DNA of 64,000 nucleotides, taken from contig CAVZHK010000008.1 of the NCBI GenBank assembly GCA_963775055.1, forward strand, positions 154,813-218,812. Direction: 5' to 3'. The translations under genes and the position numbers were made by a program. The notes under the pieces are model-generated. The model saw only the letters and a list, made by a program, of their open reading frames with translations. It had not been told where the DNA came from and did no database searches. The stretch comes from an uncultured Acidimicrobiaceae bacterium. GTDB taxonomy: Bacteria > Actinomycetota > Acidimicrobiia > Acidimicrobiales > CAIXPF01. Of the stretch, positions 9,759 through 17,193 are shown piece by piece; the first letter of the stretch is position 1; each line of letters starts with the position of its first letter.

Positions 9759-11414
9759 ATGATGGGCCCGGGAAACCGCACCCGCGAGTGTCGAAGGGAT
9801 GGGCCGAGGTTGAACACACCAGCTGGCGGTCAGCACAGCATCGTGGTGCGCAGCAACGACTTGGCCGAACCCATCCCGGACCCGGCCGTGGCCACCCCGG
9901 GTGATCTCAACGCCGCGTTGCTGGCCACCAGCATCTGGTCCGATGAAGACCTGGCTCGGGCGCAGATCCCCGTGATCGACGTGCCGCTGGTGACCGCGGG
10001 GGGTGGCATCGGCAGCTTCGTGCTGGTCGACATGCTGCGAGTCGCCGGGGTGCCCACCCAGCAGATCCGAACGCTGACCAACCTCGACCATCCGTGGCAG
10101 ACCTACCAGTACCTGACCCGGGTATCGCAGATCCCCGAGCACGAGCGGCTCCGGTCAGATTCCAGCGGCATGCCGGACAACGTCTGGGGTTTCCCGTCCT
10201 ACGCCCTGCGGGAGGCGGCGGCGGAGAAGACCCTGGCCCCGCTGTGGAGCGTGCTGGTGGAGCCGATCTTCACCGACTATTGGACGCCCAGGGCCCGCAC
10301 CGCGTTCAGCGGCATGGCCAAGGAGGCGCAACGGATCGGCTATCCCGAGACCGTGGCCAAGGGGCAGGTCCGGCTGGTGCGGCGTCGTCACGGCGGCGGG
10401 TACTTCACGGTGCTGACCCCGCCGGCGGGGGCCACCCCCACCCGTCGCATCGCCTTTCGGAGCCGGTTCGTGCATCTGGCGGTGGGCTACCCGGGGCTGC
10501 GGTTCCTGCCCGACCTGCAGGAATATCGCCAGACGTACGGCGACTACGGCCACGTGGTGAACGCCTACGAACCGCACGAGCAGGTCTACGAGGAGCTCAA
10601 ACGCCGGCCGTGTGTGGTGATGGTCCGCGGCGGCGGCATCGTGGCATCACGCATCCTGCAGCGGCTCATGGAGGACCGCTGGCACCACGGCGCGCCGACC
10701 ACCATCGTGCATCTGTTCCGCACCTTCGTGGCCCACAGCCAGGATCGGGGTGGGCCGTTCTACCGGCGCCAGGGCGGGGGTGGTTTCGCCTACCAGGGCT
10801 TCAACTGGCCGAAGGGGGCGTGGGGTGGGCAGCTCAAGTCCCGCTTCGAGAGCCTCGAGGGTGAGGAGCGGGCGGCGCTGTACCGCAAGCTCGGCGGCAC
10901 CCACACCCCCAAGAGGAAGTTGTGGCAACAGCAGATGGGCCGGGCCCGGACCGAGGGTTGGTACCACACCGTGCACGGCACCGTGGAGCAGGTGCTGCGA
11001 AGCCCCAACGGGCAAGTCGCCAGTCGGGTGAAGCTGGCCAATGGGTCCACGCAGGAGGTGCTGGCCGATTTCGTCATCGACGCCACCGGCCTGGAGGGTG
11101 ATCTGCGCGATCACCGCCTGTTGGCCGATCTCCTCGATCATTCCAATGCCGGTCGGAACCCGATGAGCCGGCTCGATGTGGAGCGCTCCTTCGAGGTGCG
11201 GGGCACGCGCTCTGAGCCGGGGGGACGGATGTACGCCTCGGGCTCCATGACGCTGGGCGGCTACTACGCCGGGGTGGATTCCTTTCTCGGCTTGCAGTAC
11301 GCCGCGCTGAGCATCGCCGATGATCTGGCGTCGCAGGGGTTCTGTGAGCGCATCAGCACGGCCCGGTCCTTGTCCCAATGGTGGCGTTGGATGCGCAACC
11401 GTCCCGTTTCCTGA
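9759..11414 (+). CDS. uncharacterised FAD/NAD(P)-binding (class B flavoprotein-like) protein
   Basis: AGGGIGSF (GxGxxS), LAVGYPG, second Rossmann motif RGGGIVAS, FVIDATG. Start uncertain (ATG 9759 or TTG 9810). Confidence 0.75.
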   Translation: MMGPGNRTRECRRDGPRLNTPAGGQHSIVVRSNDLAEPIPDPAVATPGDLNAALLATSIWSDEDLARAQIPVIDVPLVTAGGGIGSFVLVDMLRVAGVPTQQIRTLTNLDHPWQTYQYLTRVSQIPEHERLRSDSSGMPDNVWGFPSYALREAAAEKTLAPLWSVLVEPIFTDYWTPRARTAFSGMAKEAQRIGYPETVAKGQVRLVRRRHGGGYFTVLTPPAGATPTRRIAFRSRFVHLAVGYPGLRFLPDLQEYRQTYGDYGHVVNAYEPHEQVYEELKRRPCVVMVRGGGIVASRILQRLMEDRWHHGAPTTIVHLFRTFVAHSQDRGGPFYRRQGGGGFAYQGFNWPKGAWGGQLKSRFESLEGEERAALYRKLGGTHTPKRKLWQQQMGRARTEGWYHTVHGTVEQVLRSPNGQVASRVKLANGSTQEVLADFVIDATGLEGDLRDHRLLADLLDHSNAGRNPMSRLDVERSFEVRGTRSEPGGRMYASGSMTLGGYYAGVDSFLGLQYAALSIADDLASQGFCERISTARSLSQWWRWMRNRPVS

Positions 11415-11457
11415 GCCTGATTCTGAGCCCTGATCCGCGCATGAAAGGCCTGCCGAC

Positions 11458-11895
11458 ATGACCCCCACGCTCATGGGCCGCATCCAGACCAGGTTGTTCC
11501 TGCTGGCGGTGGTGGGCCTACCGTGGACGCTCATCGCCACCCCGTTCCTACCCCGCCACCTGGGCGTCGGTTCGCTGGGCGGGCTCTACGCCACCACCCT
11601 GACCGCATGGCTGTTGGTGGGGGTGTTGGGCTGTGTCGTTTGGGAGCCGCTGTACCATTTGGGCCAGCAGTTCCGTTGGGAAAAGGACTGGCCCACACTG
11701 TTTGGTTTGCTCACCATCGTGCCCGAGTCACTGCTGCTGTGGTGGCTGCTCCCGGCTTATGAAAATAGCCCGGCCTCTGGTTGGACCTTTTTCTTTCACA
11801 TCACATCAACCTGGCTACTGATGTGGCTGGCGGTGATCGGACCCATCCGAATCGTGTTCATTCGTTACCGCTTCCGTGGCGGCCGGATTCTCTAG
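11458..11895 (+). CDS. small integral membrane protein (about 4 TM, Trp-rich, RWEKDWP motif), unknown function
   Basis: 145 aa hydrophobic ORF, SD-like gaaagg upstream, in operon context. Confidence 0.85.
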   Translation: MTPTLMGRIQTRLFLLAVVGLPWTLIATPFLPRHLGVGSLGGLYATTLTAWLLVGVLGCVVWEPLYHLGQQFRWEKDWPTLFGLLTIVPESLLLWWLLPAYENSPASGWTFFFHITSTWLLMWLAVIGPIRIVFIRYRFRGGRIL

Positions 11896-11907
11896 GAGCG
11901 TGCCCCG

Positions 11908-12756
11908 ATGAGCACTCCCAGTTCCTCGGCCGCGCACGGCGCCGTGGCCGACTACCAGCTGGTCGAGGTGGTGCACGACGGCACCACCTCCCGACAGTAC
12001 CGCGCCGTGCCCCCGCCCCGGTTGGGTCTGGCGCCCGGCGAGCTGGTGGTCATCAAGTTGCTCGAGGGCACCGGCGAGCGGGCCTTTTCCAGGCTGTCGC
12101 GGTTGTTGCAGACCTTCGCCGCGGTGCAGGACCCGCACCTGGTTCGGTTGCTCGACGCCGGTCAGCACGAGGATGTCTTCTTCTACGCCACCGCTGACTG
12201 GAGTGATGGCAGTTTAGCCCGGCCCCGCGTCCCGGTTGGTCCGGCGCGGGCCTTGGCGGCGGTCGCCGATCTGTGTCACGGCGCCCACGCGTTGCATGAG
12301 GCCGGTGTCGCCCATCGTGACATCTCCCCCGCAACGGTGTTGCTGCACCCCGCCGGCGCCTGGCTGGGCGGACTGGATCTGGCCCGCGCTGCCATGGGCG
12401 GCGGCTCGGTCACCTCGATGGCCGCCCTGCAGTCGGTGGGGTATGTCGATCCGGCTTGCATACGGGGAGAACCGCCGTCACGGGCTTCGGACGTGTATTC
12501 CATCGGCGCTACCCTGCACTTTGCGCTGACCTGGACACCGATCCATCCCAACCTGCCCGAGGATGACGCGGTGATGGCGGTTCGACGGGTGCTGCGGGAC
12601 GCCCCCCACCTGTCGCCGTCGCTTGACCCTTCGGCGGTGCAGATCATCCGGGCCTGCCTGAACCCTGATCCCTTGGCCCGTCCGGCCACCGCCCTGGAGC
12701 TGGTGGCTCTGTTGGCGGGCCTGGCGCCTGTCCCGTCGCCCCCTGAGGGGGCGTGA
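11908..12756 (+). CDS. Hanks-type Ser/Thr kinase-like protein, probably a pseudokinase
   Basis: VVIK, HLVRLLDAG, HRDISPATV, SDVYSIG, RP motifs present; DFG replaced by GGL; no Gly-rich loop; SD aggag at 11895-11899. Confidence 0.85.
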   Translation: MSTPSSSAAHGAVADYQLVEVVHDGTTSRQYRAVPPPRLGLAPGELVVIKLLEGTGERAFSRLSRLLQTFAAVQDPHLVRLLDAGQHEDVFFYATADWSDGSLARPRVPVGPARALAAVADLCHGAHALHEAGVAHRDISPATVLLHPAGAWLGGLDLARAAMGGGSVTSMAALQSVGYVDPACIRGEPPSRASDVYSIGATLHFALTWTPIHPNLPEDDAVMAVRRVLRDAPHLSPSLDPSAVQIIRACLNPDPLARPATALELVALLAGLAPVPSPPEGA

Positions 12757-14300
12757 TGTTGCTCGATCGGGCCCGTTTGGTGCCGTTGCAGCCACTCTCA
12801 CGGGGGCGATTGGCCCGATTCGAGGGGTCGCTGTGCCTGGTCGGTGAGGATCCCACCAGGGTCGCCAGCGCGGCGTTGATCGACGTGTGCCGAACCCACC
12901 GCGGGCCGGGCGCTGAGCTCATCGAAAAGGTCGCTTCCATGGTGCAACGCGCCGCCGGAGCCACCCTGCCGGCGTTCGTGGTGGTGGCCCAGGACGGCGA
13001 CGCGCTGCTGGTGGCTTTGCACGGACCGGCGTCCGTGACGGTCCACCAGCCGGCGGGGCCGTTGCAGCTGGACGGGAGCGAATCGACAGCCTGGGTCACC
13101 AGCCGGGTGCTGGACGCCGCGGCCCTCAATGCCGCCCTGGTGGAAGGGCCACCCATGGCCGTTCCGGCGCTGGTTGACCTGCAGCGCGGCGTGGCCGTGG
13201 GTGACGGCTTCGCCCTACTGGCTGAGGGCGTGGCCCCCGGGGACCTCGGCGGAAACGACGGGGCTGTCCCCTTGGCGTCCCAGGCTCCCGGTCCGGTGTC
13301 CGGCGTTGGCGATGTGAAAGTGCTCGCCGATGCTCCCGGCGCCGAGGTTCCCGCTGCGCCCCTGGCCCTTTCGCCTGAGGCCATTCGCCGGGTGCTGACC
13401 TCCGATCCCCTCGTGGTGGCCCAGCCGGCCCATACAGAAGAGCCCCTCGCCCCGGCGCCCCTCACAGCAGAGCCCCTCGCCCCGGCGCCTGCTCCGAGCG
13501 GCCCGGTCGCTCCGCCGCCGCAAGAAGATCCGGTCCCTCCGGCGCCCCCGGTCCTCCAGCCAGACCCGGTCCGCCCGGCACTGGCTGTCCTGCCCGCCGT
13601 GCCGGACAGCCCCCGATCACCGCTGGACGTGCCGGTCGGGGCTCACCCGGCATCTCCGACCCCGGCCGCGGAGCGCCCCGGCCCCGCTCCGCTCGGTTTC
13701 GCCTCCCTGCCAGGGGGCGCGTTCAAGATCGTGGAGTTGCGCCCGCCCAACCCGGCGCCCGCCGCCGCTCCCTTGCCGGTGGCGCAACCGCGGACCCCGA
13801 ACGACTCGCCGGAAGCGCCGAGCGGGGCGGTTCGTGTTCGGGGGGTGAACTGCGGTCGGGGCCACTTCAACGATCCGCGGGCCCGCTTCTGCGCGGTGTG
13901 CGGTCTGGCCATGTTCCAGACCAGCATCGTGATGCAGGAGGGTCCAAGGCCACCGTTGGGCGTGCTGTTGTTGAGCAACGGCGAGAGCTTCCCGCTCAAC
14001 ACGAACCTGGTGTTGGGCCGTGAGCCGGGCGTGCACCCCGCGGTCAGCAGCGGCGAGGCCGTGGGCCTGGTGCCCACCAGCATGGGGCCGAGCCTGTCCC
14101 GCCTCCACGCCCAGGTACGGCTGGAAGGGTGGGATGTGGTGCTGATCGATGAGGGCTCCACCAACGGCACCTTCGTCTGGGACGAGACCCGTCGGCAGTG
14201 GAACCGTCTGGTGGCCCATCAGCCCTACGTGTTGCGCCCCGGTGACCAATTGGCCTTCGGGGCGCTCACCGCCACGTTCGAAACGTCCTTGCAGCAGTGA
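12753..14300 (+). CDS. FHA domain protein with Pro-rich linker and Cys/His zinc-ribbon-like motif
   Basis: C-terminal LVLGR...SLSRLHA...DEGSTNGTFV...LRPGDQL (FHA); CGRGHFNDPRARFCAVCG; overlaps the kinase stop (GTGATG). Confidence 0.9.
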   Translation: MMLLDRARLVPLQPLSRGRLARFEGSLCLVGEDPTRVASAALIDVCRTHRGPGAELIEKVASMVQRAAGATLPAFVVVAQDGDALLVALHGPASVTVHQPAGPLQLDGSESTAWVTSRVLDAAALNAALVEGPPMAVPALVDLQRGVAVGDGFALLAEGVAPGDLGGNDGAVPLASQAPGPVSGVGDVKVLADAPGAEVPAAPLALSPEAIRRVLTSDPLVVAQPAHTEEPLAPAPLTAEPLAPAPAPSGPVAPPPQEDPVPPAPPVLQPDPVRPALAVLPAVPDSPRSPLDVPVGAHPASPTPAAERPGPAPLGFASLPGGAFKIVELRPPNPAPAAAPLPVAQPRTPNDSPEAPSGAVRVRGVNCGRGHFNDPRARFCAVCGLAMFQTSIVMQEGPRPPLGVLLLSNGESFPLNTNLVLGREPGVHPAVSSGEAVGLVPTSMGPSLSRLHAQVRLEGWDVVLIDEGSTNGTFVWDETRRQWNRLVAHQPYVLRPGDQLAFGALTATFETSLQQ

Positions 14301-15241
14301 AGGTGGGTGTGGGGCTGTGGTGCCTGCAATCCTCGGCGTTGCGGCCCCGACCGTTCCCGGCGTTGTATCAGGAGCTGCTGGAGGACGCTCGCCGCGCCGA
14401 ATCAGTGGGTTTGCACAGTCTTTGGCTTTCCGAGCACCACTTTTTCTATGACGGGTACTGCCCGGCGCTGCTGGCGGCGGCGGCTGGAGCGTTGTCGGTC
14501 ACCGAACGGTTGCGGGTCGGCACCGGGGTGCTGCTGTTGCCATTGCAGCGTCCGAGCCGGGTGGTGGCCGCCGTCGAGGACCTGGACCGCAGTTCGGGGG
14601 GACGCCTTGATCTGGGCGTGGGGGCCGGCTATCGGGAGATCGAGTACGTCGGGAAGGGACTGCGCTTCGAGGATCGGCTCGAACGCATGCGCCGCGGCCT
14701 CGACGCGCTGGGCGCTCTGTCTGCTCCGGTGTGGGTGGGGGTGTCAACCCCGGCGGCAGCACGGCGGGCCGGGCGGCGCAATCTGGGGCTGTTCCTCTCC
14801 GGGGCGTTCCCGCCCGCGGTGGTGCTGCAGTTGATCGAAGAGCACCGAGACGCATGGCACGAAGCCGGTGGGGTCGGCGGGGTCGGCGGCGGGCCGCCAC
14901 CAGTGGGCCTGTTACGAAACGTGTGGTTGGCCGACACCCCCGCCGAACGGGAACAGGCGTTGCACTGGGCCCGGTCCAGCTACGTGGTGTACGCCGGGCT
15001 GGGCTGGACCGCCAGCGACGCCGGCATGGACTTCGCGGCCAGTGTGGACGCCTCCATGGATGAGATGGCGCGGGGCGCGATCATCGGCAACGCAGAGCAG
15101 GTGGCCGAGGAGCTGCGGCGCTTCGATGGTATCGATACAGTCGTGTGCCGTATTGGATATGACCTACCACCCCGCTCGGCGATCATCGAGGTTCTCGAAC
15201 GCATCGGCACCGAGTTGGCACCGCTGCTGGAGACCCGATGA
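14297..15241 (+). CDS. LLM class flavin-dependent oxidoreductase
   Basis: WLSEHHF, RLRVGTGVLLLP, GRLDLGVGAGYR; GTGA coupling to the FHA gene. Confidence 0.9.
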   Translation: MKVGVGLWCLQSSALRPRPFPALYQELLEDARRAESVGLHSLWLSEHHFFYDGYCPALLAAAAGALSVTERLRVGTGVLLLPLQRPSRVVAAVEDLDRSSGGRLDLGVGAGYREIEYVGKGLRFEDRLERMRRGLDALGALSAPVWVGVSTPAAARRAGRRNLGLFLSGAFPPAVVLQLIEEHRDAWHEAGGVGGVGGGPPPVGLLRNVWLADTPAEREQALHWARSSYVVYAGLGWTASDAGMDFAASVDASMDEMARGAIIGNAEQVAEELRRFDGIDTVVCRIGYDLPPRSAIIEVLERIGTELAPLLETR

Positions 15242-15786
15242 GCGCAGAGCCGGTGCCCTTCGACGCCACCCGGCGCGGCATGATCCTGGACGACGACGCC
15301 GGCTCTGACGCGGAGGGCCGCGCCGCCTGGTTGCAGCGGGCCCGAGCGGCGGAGGAGGCCGGGGTGCCGGCGCTGTTGGTGAGCGGACCTCCCGGTACGG
15401 AGATCGTTCGTGCGGCGGCGGTGGCGGCGCAGACCCGTTGGGTGCGAATCGTGGTCGTTGTGGACCTTGACGACGAGGACCCCGTGACGCTGGCCGAGGA
15501 GCTCGCCGTGCTGGACAACCTGGCCGGCGGTCGGGTGGTCGTCCTCACCAAGGGCGGCTCAGCACACGAGCAGGCCATGCTGCGTTCGGCGTTGGCGGGC
15601 GAGGTGGTCCGGGGCGTCACCATCAGCCCACCCCCGGCGCAGCTGAACCTGCTGGTCCACGAAGCGGGCTGGGCCTCGGGCCGCTTCATCACCTGGGACG
15701 GTGACCCCGCTGAGGTGGTGCGGTCGTGTGCGCCACCCATCGTGACCGAGCTGAGCCGGCGTTTCGCCCCCGGAAGCACCGGCTGA
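15238..15786 (+). CDS. truncated/degenerate LLM-like protein (LuxB-like partner?)
   Basis: ARAAEEAG, AAAVAAQT, PVTLAEELAVLDNLAGGR; only 182 aa; ATGA coupling. Confidence 0.7.
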   Translation: MSAEPVPFDATRRGMILDDDAGSDAEGRAAWLQRARAAEEAGVPALLVSGPPGTEIVRAAAVAAQTRWVRIVVVVDLDDEDPVTLAEELAVLDNLAGGRVVVLTKGGSAHEQAMLRSALAGEVVRGVTISPPPAQLNLLVHEAGWASGRFITWDGDPAEVVRSCAPPIVTELSRRFAPGSTG

Positions 15787-15816
15787 TCCCCAGAACGGTC
15801 CGCTCCCCGGAGGGCT

Positions 15817-17193
15817 TCAGCGCACCGTGACCGGCTCGATCTGGCGGGCGATGGTAGGGACGAATCGGTCCATCAGGGGGCCGGTCATAGCGGTTGTGAT
15901 CAACGCCATGAGCACCCCACCAACCTGCATGGGCGCTGAGATCACGCCTTGGTTGAAGGCGATGAGGGCCACCACCAACACCAGCAGGCCCCGGCAGTTC
16001 ATGAGCACCCCGATGACGTTGGCCTCGGCCCAGCTGAGCCCACCGAGGCGGCCGAAGAGCAGACCCGACGCCCACTTGGCCACCACGCCGACCACGATGA
16101 AGGCCACCAGCCCGACGATGACGTCCATGCCGAGCTTGGTGAAATCGGTCTGCAAACCGGAAAAGGCCAGGAACACCGGCAGCAGGACGATCACCGTCAG
16201 GTCGTTCAGCCGGCCGGCCATCTCCGGGCGCAGACGTTCCGGCGCCGGCATGACCACCCCGGCGAGGAAGGCCCCGACGATGACGTTGATGCCGATGCGG
16301 TCCGCAGCGTACGCCGAGGCCAACGTCACCCCCACGCACATCGCAAAGGTCGTACCGGACAGTACCGTACCTTGTCGTATGGAGGGTTCGAGGCGACGGA
16401 GCAGCGGACGTACCACCCCGAACATCACCGCCAGGAAGATGGCCGCCCCCACGAAGCGCAGGACCTGTCCCCCGGCGCTGGCGTCCGCCGCCACCCCCCG
16501 GGCCACGCCCACCGCCAAGAACATGAACACCGTGACCAACGCCGCTGAGGCGATCCCGATGGCACCCATCTCGGTCTGATCGAGTCGCTTCTCCTGCAGG
16601 ATGCGAGCGGCCACCGGAAAGGCGGTGACGGACAACATGGCACCGATCATGAGGTTGAAGGCCAGCTTGGACGGGGCGGTCTGGGTGCCGAAGTTGGCCA
16701 CGAACGGCGCGTCGTACAGCAACGGGGACAAAGCGAACCCCGCCGCCAACGGCACCGCCACCACGCCCACGGCCACGCTGACCACCCCGGCCAGTCGGCC
16801 TCGGAGTTGGCCCAGATCGAGCTGCAGGCCGACCACGAACATGAACAGGATCAACGCCAACTGCCCGATCAGACCCAACAGCGGTCGGGCCTGCGGAGGA
16901 AAGAGGCAGGTGGTGATCGAAGCCACCCCTTTGGTGGGCTCCAGCGCTTTGCGGCAGGCCAGCACCCCCGGAGCGTTGTTCCATACGAACATGGTGGGCC
17001 CCAACAACGAGGGACCGAGCAGCACACCGGCGACGATCTCCCCGACCACCCGGGGTTGACCCAACTTCACCGACGCCGCGCCGCACAACCGGGCCATAAC
17101 GATGATGATCACCAGGCCCAGGAACACGAAGGCCGCCACCTGATCGGGCGGGAGGCCCGTCGGAGGCGTAGCTTGGGCTAACAACATGGTCAT
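15817..17193 (-). CDS. cation:proton antiporter (CPA2 family)
   Basis: LGQPRVVGEIVAGVLLGPSLLG, SVTAFPVAARIL, LLPVFLAFSGL, LMNCRGL. Confidence 0.93.
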   Translation of the reverse strand: MTMLLAQATPPTGLPPDQVAAFVFLGLVIIIVMARLCGAASVKLGQPRVVGEIVAGVLLGPSLLGPTMFVWNNAPGVLACRKALEPTKGVASITTCLFPPQARPLLGLIGQLALILFMFVVGLQLDLGQLRGRLAGVVSVAVGVVAVPLAAGFALSPLLYDAPFVANFGTQTAPSKLAFNLMIGAMLSVTAFPVAARILQEKRLDQTEMGAIGIASAALVTVFMFLAVGVARGVAADASAGGQVLRFVGAAIFLAVMFGVVRPLLRRLEPSIRQGTVLSGTTFAMCVGVTLASAYAADRIGINVIVGAFLAGVVMPAPERLRPEMAGRLNDLTVIVLLPVFLAFSGLQTDFTKLGMDVIVGLVAFIVVGVVAKWASGLLFGRLGGLSWAEANVIGVLMNCRGLLVLVVALIAFNQGVISAPMQVGGVLMALITTAMTGPLMDRFVPTIARQIEPVTVR

